A DNA stretch of 64,000 nucleotides from Octopus vulgaris (taxonomy: Eukaryota), in the NCBI GenBank assembly GCA_951406725.2, contig OX597818.1, positions 121,582,001 through 121,646,000 on the forward strand, in the 5' to 3' direction. Of this stretch, positions 49,860 to 61,488 are shown in pieces; positions within the stretch are counted from its first letter, which is position 1, and each line of letters opens with the position of its first letter. A program made the position numbers and the translations under genes. Below the pieces are notes generated by a model. The model saw only the letters and a list, made by a program, of their open reading frames with translations, did no database searches and was not told the DNA's origin.

Positions 49860-50742
49860 TCTTATTATTTAGTTTTAAGTATTAATAAAATCCATGTATT
49901 TACGTATATGTCACCGGTCGGGGATGAGGAAGTAATTTTCGGCAAGGTAGCAACTTATATCGAGAAGAGCGATTATCTCATGTTGAATGTGAAGGTTGAT
50001 GTTTGCGGTTTATATACGGCGACCTATATTTTTCAGGGTCGAAAGAACTCGTGTATCGTGTCTTTGAAATACGATTTCCGGTGTACCGGTGGAATTTGAT
50101 GAATATGGTTCTGTGATTTGGGTTGAGTCTTTCTTTGAAATCATGTTATTCGATATTAAAGTTCTTGTTTCCCTGTTTTCGTAGAGGTCATATCTAAGTA
50201 TTAAGATATTACGGAACGTTGATAGGTAGTGGCCATCCATACTAAAGGTCAATATGAAAATTAAGCTTATTGATTTCTTTTAATGAAGCGTTATATCGGG
50301 GAAAGTTAGGCGAGTTTCGTTTAGCGTTAGGATGGGTCTCTTCGAGAAGATCGATGAACAAGGCGTTTGGACATGGCAGTCACATTTTTTTTTTTTTATC
50401 AGACTCTGTAGGATAACATACATACACACAAAGATCACACAGACACACACGTACATATATATCTTTAACACATCTTTCAGATACAAACACACACATGCTC
50501 TCTCTCTCACTCTCTCCCCATTCATCACCCTCTTGTACTATCTTATATCCCTCCCCACCACTACACACTCAATAACACTATAAAATGGTCAAAAGTTTTC
50601 CATATGATATATGGTATAAGTTATATGATGTATAAAAACATGTAATATACAAATAGATATCTGTAAATATAAAACCATCCGAATTTCTGAGTACCTCATT
50701 TCTTCTAATATAAAATACCTGTACATCATCTCCAAACCTTCT

Positions 50743-50803
<61 letters not shown>

Positions 50804-51650
50804 GTGTGATCTTTGTGTGTGTATGTGTTATCATACAGTGATTCTCTGGATCATCTCTGATGAAGCCAACACTCATCCTGGGTTAGGAAATGTTCAAGAA
50901 AACCAGCTGGATCTGTCGGAAACAGTGTCACATTTTCCTGTGATGTGATCAGAAGACATGGCACCCACCAAGCAGAAACCTTCCTCATGCCAAGTTCATT
51001 GTGCAGAATATTATCACTTCTTTCATGGGGTATTCTCTTTCATGACTATTTGATTTATAATCAATTGCCTCTCATCTATCCCCATGTGGTGAACATGATC
51101 GAGGTTTCTCTTGGTGGTGACAATTGCAGTATGTCCAGACATTGGGTCATCTTCAAGACTTACCCTTCTCCTAAATTCAGCTGCTCACTTTTGCACTGTT
51201 GAGAAAACTGGAGCATCATTCCCTAACATTGCAAAAATGTTAGCATGATTTTCATTGGGAGCTAAACCCTTTTCTGCAGGTATTTCATAACAGCATGATG
51301 CCAAATTTTATCCATTTTCAAGAGGTGTCACTACTAGTTACTAATTACATTTGAAGTCGTCTTTGAACAGTCTACCTGGAAAGAAACCCTACAGTTATTA
51401 ATAAGAAGGGTTGAAATTAATGCATACAAGATTTCACGGCTCTAGCATCACTCCTTCTTAGTCAGCCTATGAACTTTCCTGACAACCCTCGTGTGTGTGT
51501 GTGTTTATGTCTCCGTAACTTAGTAGTTTGGCATAAGAGACCGATAGAATAAGTACTAGGCTTACAAAGAATAAGTCCTGGGGTCGATTTCCTCGACTAC
51601 AGTTGGTGCTCCAGCATGGCTGCAGTTAAATGCCTGAAACAAGGAAAAGA

Positions 51651-51709
<59 letters not shown>

Positions 51710-51713
<4 letters not shown>

Positions 51714-51911
51714 CAAACATGAAAACACAAAGAGAAAACACAACAACGCGAGGACGTGGAACAAATATAGTATTATTGGACGCTCAGGAAGGAAGGGAAG
51801 AAGGAGGGTTTAACGTTTCGAGTGGAGCTCTTCATCAGAAACATAGGAAAAGGAAAGATCCAGAGAAGGGAAGACGGAGGAAAAAAAATCGCCAACGGTA
51901 CACATGCGGTC
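51710..51911 (-). mobile_element. Hammerhead-carrying Penelope-LTR-like repeat, adjacent to (TA)n; other copies at 37995-38200 and truncated at 5437-5525
   Basis: Three similar copies (..caaacatg..aacacaacaacgc.aggacg.g.aacaa.ta.agt.ttattgga.gctcaggaa..); two retain a hammerhead-like core. Confidence 0.6.
51808..51842 (-). ncRNA. Minimal Penelope-type type I hammerhead ribozyme motif
   Basis: Minus strand reads GTTT-CTGATGA-A-GAG-CTCCA-CTC-GAAA-CGT-T-AAAC: intact core, stem II GAG/CTC, palindromic ACGT stem III, stem I GTTT/AAAC. Confidence 0.65.
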
Positions 51912-52569
51912 ATGAGGGGGTAACCAAAAGAAACCGAAAGTTTGCAATATTTTGTTCCCCAAGATTTACGTGTTTACACTTTTATCGCCTTCAAAGTATT
52001 CTCCATTTGAAGCAATGCATCGATCCAGATGTATTTTTCCACTGTTCAAAGCAGTGATGGAACTCTTGTGAAGTGATGCCTTTTAATGCCTCCATTGTTT
52101 ATTTCTTTACCTCTTCCACATCGAAAAGAGGCCTGGATCAACTTTTCGACTGTTCTTTCAGTTCACAACACACATTCAGTCGTGACTGCTTTTGATCTTT
52201 CATGAGCAAGTGAGGCACAAATTTTGCTGTAACTGTTTTCATTCACAATCCTTCACTCAAACCTCATTAGTAGGAGCTCCAGCACACATCAGCCATATCA
52301 ACTCATTCTCCAATTTTTCAGCGACTGTCTTTCAGATCAGATCATGAATTTTCATTATGTTTTTATTCATTCAGGAGGTCAACCATCGCCCTGAATGAGG
52401 TTGGTCCTCGAGTGACAAATGACCATTCCTAAAGCATAAAAACCACTCATAAACTTTGTTTTGCTTGTGCCTGAGGGTTATATCAAGTGGCTTCTAGTCG
52501 TGAATGCTTGAACTACAATGGGCTTGTCCCAAAGAGAATGTTTCTGGTTACTTTTGGGCACCCCGTCAT
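51912..52569 (-). mobile_element. Internally deleted mariner element
   Basis: TIRs tgagggggtaaccaaaagaaacc / ggttacttttgggcacccc; remnants LEDQPHSGR and FVPHLL. Confidence 0.6.
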
Positions 52570-52571
52570 AC

Positions 52572-52615
<44 letters not shown>

Positions 52616-53782
52616 TATGGAGATGTACCTGCATAGCAAGTGATCTAACCTGAGATCGTGTGCTGGAATGAAAACAATTGCAGCGTGGAAAGTGTTTATA
52701 AACCATTTAAGAAACACACAAAAACTGTTAGATTCGTTTCAACATTAAATTTATCAAAATATTTTCGTTGCTTTGAGACCGTGGCATGTTCACTGACAAA
52801 ATTCCGTGCTGCACAGAGTTTTGTCAGTGAACAGGTCGCAGTCTCAAAGCGACAAAAATATTTTGACAAATGAAATTTAAATGTTGAAGTGAATCTAACA
52901 GTTTTTGTGTGTTTCTTAAATGGCTTATAAACACCTTCAAAGCTGGCCTCCGTGCCGATAGCACATAAAAAGCACCATTCGACCATGATCGTTACCTGCA
53001 TCACCTTACTGGCACTTGAAAAAACATTCGAGCGAGGTCATTGCCAGTGCCGCTGGACTGGCTCCTGTGCAGGTGGCATGTAAAAAAACACTACTTGAGC
53101 GTGGCCGTTGCCTGTACCGCCTAACTGGCCCTTGTGCCGGTGGCATGTAAAAGCACCTGCTACATTCTTGGATTGGTTGGCGTTAGGAAGGGCATCCAGC
53201 TGTAGAAACTCCCAGATCAAATTGGAGTCTGGTGCAGCCATCTAGTTCTCCAGTCCTCAGTCAAATTGCCCAACCCATGTTAGCATGGAAAGCGGATGTT
53301 AAATGATGATGATGATGATATATGGTTAGATAGATAGATATCCTTATCATCACCATTTTGACATCCACTTTTCTCTGTTTGCGTAGTTTGGATAGAGTTT
53401 TTTTACAGCCAGATACGTTTGCTGTTGCCAACCCTCACCTGTTTCCAAGTAAGGTAATATTTCCCGTGGCCAGGAGGTACACACACACATAAACAAGGGA
53501 GTTCTTTCAATTTCCATGTACCCAGTCCACTCAAAAGGCTTTGCTCAACCTAGAGCTGATGTTGAAGGCACTTGCTCAAGATGTTATGCAGTGGGATTGA
53601 ACCCAAAACCATGCATTTGGGAAGCAAACTTCTTACCACACAGCCATGCCTGTTCATGTGCATCCACACATACACACACACAAGTAAATGGCAGAATTTG
53701 TAGAGCATCAGACACAATATATTGTGATATTTAGTTGTGTTCTGAGTTACTTGTTAACATTTTTTCCGTCTTTTATTTTCAG

Positions 53783-53860
53783 CCGACTTATTGCAGTTGT
53801 TAAACACATTTTATCAGAAGCCTGAAATCCGAGCTCTTGCTGCTGAGAAGGGATTAGACA
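53783..53860 (+). CDS. SUPV3L1: SUV3 helicase exon 2
   Basis: ttttcag acceptor, gtaagt donor. (A)DLLQLLNTFYQKPEIRALAAEKGLD aligns to human [25 protein letters not shown] as recalled. Confidence 0.9.
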
Positions 53861-54559
53861 GTAAGTATTCGTCTTTCTTTTTAACTACATTTTCATCATC
53901 ATCATCATCGTTTAATGTCCGCTTTCCAACTAGCATGGGTTGGACGATTTGAGTGAGGACTGGCGAACCAGATTGCTGCACCATGCGCTAATCTTGATCT
54001 GGCAGAGTTTCTACAGCTGGATGCCCTTCCAAACGCCAACCACTCCAAGAGTGTAGTGGGTGCTTTTTACGTGCCACCAGCACGAGGGCCAGTCAGGCGG
54101 TACTGGCAACGGCCACAAAAAAGTCATTGTTTATTTATATTTTACGTATCACCCGCACACCGGCACAAGTGCCAGTATGACGACACTGGTAATGATCACG
54201 CTCGATTGGTGGTTTTTACGTGCCACCGGCACATGAAATAAACATCAGAGATGCTTTTCCCCACACTGAAGCTGCAGGAATTACTCAGAGATTTTGCATG
54301 TTCTAAATTCATTGCAATGCTGGGAACCCTTTTGTGTTGTCAGGAGGTGTCTCTGAGCCATGCGCCTGTGAAGGCACAAGACTCAGTGTTTAGCGCATTG
54401 GGATCTTACTCCGGGGGTAGTGAATTCAATTCCCAGACCGGGTTGCGTGTTGTGTTCTTGAGCAAGACACTTTATTTCACGTTGCTCCAGTTCACTCACC
54501 TGTAGAAATGAGTTGTGATGTCATTGGTGCCAAACTGTATCGGCTGGTAGTGGGGAGAA

Positions 54560-55460
54560 GTTACAGTTTTTCCTTGTTGCAAAAATGTATAATGAAAAAG
54601 CCTCCTGTTGCAAAAATGAATAATGAATAACCCCCTTTGTTGACCACCATACAGTGACCATCAACTTTTTAATGGTGCAATGGTGGTTTTGGGTAGTGTT
54701 TTGGTGACTCTCTTGCATCTAACCACTGTCCTGTCCTCCTGTTGTTATCAAAGAGTATCCATTTCAAATCTCATGTAATGAATCGATACAAAAACGGTTC
54801 CCTTTCCAACCGAAAAATCAACATGGAACACACTGTAAGGCGTCTGTTTCTTTGAATCTCATTAAGTTGATGGGGAACAAGCCTATCCATCTTTTTGACT
54901 TTTCCTGGTTCATTTTTAAGGCTATAATTTCCTGAACAAAATCTTTGGAACAATCTCTGAACAGTTCTAATGTCAACAGAATTATTGCCAAAAGAAGGCG
55001 GCAAGCTGGCAGAAACGTTAGCACACCAGGCGAAATTCTTAGCTGTATTTCGTCTGCTGCTAAGTTCTGAGTTCAAATTCTGCCACGGTTGACTTTGCCT
55101 TTCATCCTTTTGGGGTCGATTAAATAAATACCAGTTACACACTGGGGTCATTGTAATCGACTTAATCCGTTTGTCCCCTCTGTGTGTGGCCCCTTGTGGG
55201 CAGTAAAGAAATAAGAATCATTGCCAAAAGCCCTCTTGATGTTTTGTAGAGCTTCAGTGGCAGAGTGACCCAAATTGTAGTCGTACAAGAAGCGGTATTG
55301 TTCAGTTATCAATATTGTCATAAGAGCAATTTTGAATAATAGTATTGTCTAGAAAGGAAAATAGTTAAGCATATTCATAGAAACTCATTAAAAATCCATT
55401 TATAGATGACTCATAAGAAACCCATTTAAAATATGACATTTCATGTGGGACAAGGTATTA
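54560..55460 (-). mobile_element. Decayed mariner fragment interrupted by SINE family A (54997-55213)
   Basis: VQRLFQRFCSGNYSLKNEPG, LVPHQL, FLYRFIT*DLKWILFDN, KKLMVTVWWS..GVIHYSFL. Confidence 0.8.
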
Positions 55461-55996
55461 ATTATTTAATTGATTACTCTTTTACTTGTTTCAGTCATTT
55501 GATCGCAGCCATGCTGGAGCACCACCTTTAGTCGAGCAAATCGACCCCAGGACTTATTCTTTATAAGCCTAGTACTTATCTACTTATTCTATCAGTCTCT
55601 TTTGCCGAACTAAGTTACGGGGGACGTAAACACACCAGCATCGGTTGTTAAGCGATGTTGTGGGGACAAACACAGATACACAAACATATACACACACATA
55701 CATACATACATATATTTATATATATATATATATATATATATCATCATCATCATCATCATCATTTAACGTCCGTTTTTCCATGCTAGCATGGGTTGGATGG
55801 GTCGACCGGGGTCTGGTAAGCCATGGAGGCTGCTCCAGTCTGGTTTGGCAGTGTTTCTATGGAAGGGCATCCAGTTGTAGGAACACTGCCAAACCAGACT
55901 GGAGCCTGATGCAGCCTCCATGGCTTACTAGACCCCAGTCGAACCGTCCAACCCATGCTAGCATGGAATACAGGCGTTAAATAATGATGATGATGA

Positions 55997-56032
<36 letters not shown>

Positions 56033-56779
56033 GTACAATGGGCTTCTTTCAGTTTCCATCTACCAAATCCATTCATGAGGCTTTGGTCTGTCCGAGGCTA
56101 TAGTAGAAGACTCTTGCCTAAGGTACCACGCAGTGAGACTGAACCTGGAACTATGTAGTTCGTAAGCAAGCTACTTACCACACTGCCACTCCTACACCTA
56201 GGTAAATAAAACTGAAGTTTTCTATTGACGACATGAACCTACCAAAACACAAAAACATGATTTATCAATTTGCTTTCACATACAATAAGAACCTTGCAAA
56301 ACAAAAATAATAATAGGCGCAGGAGTGGCTGTGTGGTAAGTAGCTTGCTAACCAACCACATGGTTCCGGGTTCAGTCCCACTGCGTGGCACCTTGGGCAA
56401 GTATCTTCTGCTATAGCCCCGGGCCGACCAATGCCTTGTGAGTGGATTTGGTAGACGGAAACTGAAAGAAGCCCGTCGTATATATGTATGTATATATATA
56501 TATGTGTGTGTGTGTGTATGTGTTGTGTGTCTGTGTTTGTCCCCCTAGCATTGCTTGACAACTGATGCCGGTGTGTTTACGTCCCCGTCACTTAGCAGTT
56601 CGGCAAAAGAGACCGATAGAATAAGTACTGGGCTTACAAAGAATAAGTCCCGGGGTCGATTTGCTCGACTAAAGGCGGTGCTCCAGCATGGCCACAGTCA
56701 AATGACTGAAACAAGTAAAAGAGTAAAAGAGAGAATAATAAAAAATATTGATTTTTCATTTTAATCTTTCTCATTTTAG

Positions 56780-56887
56780 GAAAACTTTTCCATGAAGCTT
56801 ACATCAGTTTCCGACAGTTTTGTTCGGTGCTTCAAAACTTGAATGCAGACCTTTATATCATAATGAATGACATCATTCATGGCGCAG
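56780..56887 (+). CDS. SUPV3L1: SUV3 helicase exon 3
   Basis: ttttag acceptor, gtatgt donor. (R)KLFHEAYISFRQFCSVLQNLNADLYIIMNDIIHGA(G). Confidence 0.93.
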
Positions 56888-57871
56888 GTATGTTATTAAT
56901 TTTCTTACGTCTAACCCAGGCCTGCGCAAAACTAATTTTATGTGCAATTCCATTGTCTCCCGAGATGAAAGGATGCCAACAACAACAACAACAATATCAT
57001 AATGGTCATTGATGTCGTTATGAGTGTTATTAATCATCATCATCATCATCATCGTTTAGCGTCCGCTTTCCATGTTAGCATGGGTTGGACGGTTCAACTG
57101 GGGTCTGGAAAGCCAGAAGGCTGCACCAGGCCCTGTCTGATCTGGCAGAGTTTCTACAGCTGGATGCTCCTCCTAACACCAACCACTCCGTGAGTGTAAT
57201 GGGTGCTTTTTACGTGCCACCGGCACAGGTGCCAGATGAGGCTGGCAAATGCCCACGATCGGATGGTACTTTTTACGTGCCACCGGCACGGACGCCAGAC
57301 AGTGCTGGCAACGGCCTCGATTGGATGGTGCTTTTTACATGCCACCGGCACGGAGGCCAGTCGGGGTGGCACTGGCAATGGCCACGTTCGGATGGTTCTA
57401 TGGTTTCTATGGTGACTAATTATGCTATGGCACAGGCCATTGCATAATTAGCATATCATCATGGTTCTGTGATAAAGAAGTTTGCTCTCCCAACCATATG
57501 GTTTTGGATTCAGTTGCATGGTGTGGCATCTTGAATAAGGCTCTGGATCCAAAGACGAATGTATAGATTTTGTACATGGTGTGTGTGTGTGGTGGGGTTT
57601 TCTCTGTCTTGACATTTTATGATAGTTATAAATGACTGTCACCATGCTCCATTTGTGATCATCTGTGAAAGCATGTCTAGCTAAGGTGAAACATTACCTT
57701 GTTAGGAAATGGGTGAGGATTAGCAACAGGAAGGGCATCTGGCCATAGAAAATCTGCTGCTACTGTTTGACATTGAGGTTTATTATTGGCATTATGACTA
57801 TTGATATCATTGTAGGCTTTTTTTTTATTATTCTAATTAATATCAGTTCATTGTGTGTTTCTTAATTTCAG

Positions 57872-57986
57872 GTCACGTTAATGATATCTTCCCATATTTC
57901 CTGCAACACGCTCGAGAAGTGTTCCCGCATCTTGTTTGCATGGACGATCTGAAAAAAATCAGTGATCTCAGGCTACCAGCCAACTG
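57872..57986 (+). CDS. SUPV3L1: SUV3 helicase exon 4
   Basis: tttcag acceptor, gtatgt donor. [37 protein letters not shown](W). Confidence 0.95.
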
Positions 57987-59184
57987 GTATGTTTACATTG
58001 GATAAAATAGATTTGTGTGATGAACCATTGTCTGTATGTCTATCAGCTTGTCTATCTGTCTGTATGTCTATCTGTTTACATTCATATCCATTTGCCTACA
58101 TACATGTGCGTATACATATACACATCTACATAACAGCCCACTAACTATTCTACTTGTATATAAATATAAACTGTAGGTATGGGGGTATGATTACCTACTA
58201 CGTATCTGTTTTCCATGCTGGAATGAGTTGGATGGCTTGACAGGAACTGGCAAAGCTAGGGACCAAACCAGGTTTCATAGTCTGTTTTGACAAGGTTTCT
58301 ATGGCTAGATGACCCTCCTAACACCAACCACTTTACAAAGTGTACTGGGTGTTTTTTATGTGGCCCCAAGACTCACACTAGTGCTTTTTACATGAGACCT
58401 TGGTTTTAGGATCTCAATTCTATTGTGGAGGGTTAGTCTTCTTGGGTACAGCATTACACCACATTTCTCAGTCATCTGTCATCTTTATCAGGCTCAGTGT
58501 TATGAGATTACCCATCAGTACTTCGTCCTATGCCTTCCTGGGTCAACCCTCCTCCACTTTAACTGATCATCACTTCTTTATGCAACTTTCCTCATCCATC
58601 CACATCACCTGACCAAACCTGTGGTGTCTTCTCTCTTGCACGCTGCATAGAATTTTTTTTATGCCCAACTTCTTTCTCAATACACCAGTGCTCTGTCACA
58701 CACGCAGACTGACATTCTACATCCAGCAGACCATACCGGTTTCATTCCTCTCCAGCCAATGCATGTCCTCTGCATTCAGGGCCCATGTCTCATTGCCATG
58801 CAGCATTGCAGTTTGAATATATGCACCATACCATCTTCTCTTAACTCGGAGAGAGAGAGAGAGACTTTTGGTTTACTACAGAGGTAAATTTTCTCTAAAT
58901 ATATATATATCTGGTGCCATATAAAAAGTATCCAGTCCTCACTGTAAAATGGTTGGCATTTGGAAGGGCATCCAGCTGTAAAAACCTTGTCAAAACTGAC
59001 TTTGCCTGAGCTTGTGCCACATACAAAGCACTCAGTCCATTCTGCTGGGTGGTTGGTATTAGGAAGGGCATCCAACTGTAAAAAGCCTGTCAAACTGTCA
59101 AACCCATATGTATATATATATAATATATATTTCGTTTTGGAATTTGGTTTGCAAGATTCTTTATATGAGTTTGTGTGTTGAAGC

Positions 59185-59432
59185 ATATTATGTTGTATCT
59201 GGGGAAAGTCATTTTCTTTTTGTGCCTTATAATATAACACACTCACCGGTAAAATTTCCACTTTTTTCTTTTCTTTTTTTTTTCTAAAATAAAACTATTG
59301 AAAAGGTTGCAAGATGCAACGAAAATTTTAAGAAAAAAAAAAATAAGAAAAAAAAAAAGTGGGAATTTTACTGATGAGTGTGTTATATTATAAGTACAAA
59401 AAGAAAATGACTCTCCCCAGCCATAACAGTAT
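59185..59432. repeat. Fold-back element ending about 65 bp upstream of SUPV3L1 exon 5
   Basis: ctggggaaagtcattttcttttt..cttataatataacacactca / tgagtgtgttatattataag..aaaaagaaaatgactctccccag. Confidence 0.75.
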
Positions 59433-59496
59433 ATATATATATATATATATATATATGATTAATCCCTTATCTTTGTTTCTCATTTCAATGGTGAAG

Positions 59497-59665
59497 GTAC
59501 CCAGAGGCAAGAGCTATTCAGCGTAAAATTATATTTCATGCTGGTCCCACAAACAGTGGTAAGACATATCATGCACTACAAAGGTTTCTCACTGCGAAAT
59601 CTGGGGTTTACTGTGGCCCCCTGAAACTCTTGGCTGTTGAAGTATTTCACAAAAGCAATAATGAG
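59497..59665 (+). CDS. SUPV3L1: SUV3 helicase exon 5 (Walker A / motif I)
   Basis: [56 protein letters not shown]. aag acceptor, gtaaat donor. Confidence 0.96.
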
Positions 59666-61015
59666 GTAAATCGTCTTTTATATTCTTTAACTACACTCTC
59701 GGATATACTACATTCTCGGAGTGGTTGGCATTAGGAAGGGCATCCAGCTGTAGAAATTCTGCAAGATCAGATTGGAGTCTGGTTCGCCAGACCTCAGTCA
59801 AATCGTCCAACCCATGCTAGCATGGAAAGCAGACGTTAAATGATGATGACCTCCAGGTGGAGATGGTCCATATTATTCTGGCCTTTATCCGTTGACCTGT
59901 CCAGCATAGGAGGCCTACCAGGAGCTTGCACTCCACTGGCATTGCTCTCAGGGTCATCAAGGCACACAAGCTGTCACAACACAGAAGATGTCACACAGCT
60001 TGGACTGGACCTTGTGATTGATTAGCTTGCTGCACTGAGTTGTGGAGGCATAATGGCCCAGTGGTTAAGGCAGCGAACTTGCAGTCTTGGGATCGCGGTT
60101 TCGATTCCCAGATCGGGCATTGTGAGTGTTTATTGAGCAAAAACGCCTAAAGGTCTACAAGGCTCCGGCAGGGAGTGGTGGTGAACCCTGCTGTACTCTT
60201 TCACCACAACTTTCTCTCACTCTTTCTTTCTGTTTCTCTTGTACCTGTATTTCAAAGGGCCAGCCTTGTCACACACTGTGTCCCGCTGAATCTCCATGAG
60301 AACTACGTTACAGGTACATGTGTCTGTGGAGTGTTCAGTCACTTGCATGTTAATTTCATAAGCAGGCTGTTCCATTGATCGGATCACCTGGAACTTTCGT
60401 TGTCGTTACTAACAGAGTGCCAACACACACTGAGTTGAAATATTCCTCTATCCACTGAAAGAAGCCCATTACATTTATATATGTGTGTGTTGTTGTTTTG
60501 ACACATTATGAGGAAGTTATAAATGAGTGTTACCATCACATAAGGTGGAGGCACATGGCCCAGTGGTTAGAGCAGCAGACTCGCGGTCGAGGGATCAAAA
60601 TCTCAGACCGGGCGATGTGTGTGTGTTTATGAGCGAAACACCTAAGCTCCACATGGCTCTGGCTGAAGGTAATGGCGAACTTTTGCTGACTCTTTCGCCA
60701 CAACTACCTCTCACTCTTTCCTCCTGCGTCTTGCAGCTCACCTGTGACGTCCCGTCCAGGTGGGGAACCTATATGCCAAGGAAACCAGAAAACCGGCCCT
60801 CATGAGCCAGGTGTGGCTCGAGAAGGAACAAACAACCATCACATAAGCAATGTTTACCATTTCCAATCTTTCATGCAAACATGTCAGAAATATTATCTTC
60901 CTTGGAAACAAATAAGCATTTACCACAGAAAGGGTATCTGCCTCAACAAATTCTTTCTGACCCATGCAAGCATGGAAAAGCAAGCGTTAAAATGTTGTTG
61001 TTGTTGTTTGCTTAA

Positions 61016-61238
61016 CCCTTTCGTTACCGTATTTATTTTGAGATGCTCTGTGTTTCTTTCAATTAATTTTAAATATAACAAACAATTTAGTAAAAGAACT
61101 TAGTTATCATTAACCTAGTGTTGGGAACAGAAATTCTGACTAAGGTTTGGTGGAAGATTTTAATTCAAAACTTATGGAAACAAGACATTTGTACTTACAG
61201 AGCCAGAGGCGGTTTTGGCCGGGTTGGTATCAAAAGGG
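61016..61238. mobile_element. piggyBac-like MITE with TTAA TSD; sister copies 62272-62472 and 62493-62714
   Basis: TTAA|CCCTTT....AAAGGG|TTAA at all three copies; near-identical bodies. Confidence 0.85.
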
Positions 61239-61376
61239 TTAAACAAGATGGAGTTATGCCCATAGCATTTACAAACCTTTCTAGACTGGAGAGTACAAGT
61301 AATTGATTGAGTTTAGCCCTTATTGTTCTTATTTGATCTGTTCTGGTTTATCTAAATGGTTTTTTTTTCTCGTTAG

Positions 61377-61488
61377 GGAACCCCTTGTGATCTTGTGACT
61401 GGTGAGGAACGACGATTCGCTAATGAAGACGAGACTTCTTCTGAGCATGTGGCCTCTACTATTGAAATGACGAATATTAATATGTTAT
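61377..61488 (+). CDS. SUPV3L1: SUV3 helicase exon 6
   Basis: cgttag acceptor, gtaagt donor. GTPCDLVTGEERRFANEDETSSEHVASTIEMTNINML(Y). Confidence 0.95.

Noticed and set aside
50857-50930. CTGATGA...GAAA possible hammerheads (also near 31553)
   Set aside because: No convincing stems I, II and III around the core.
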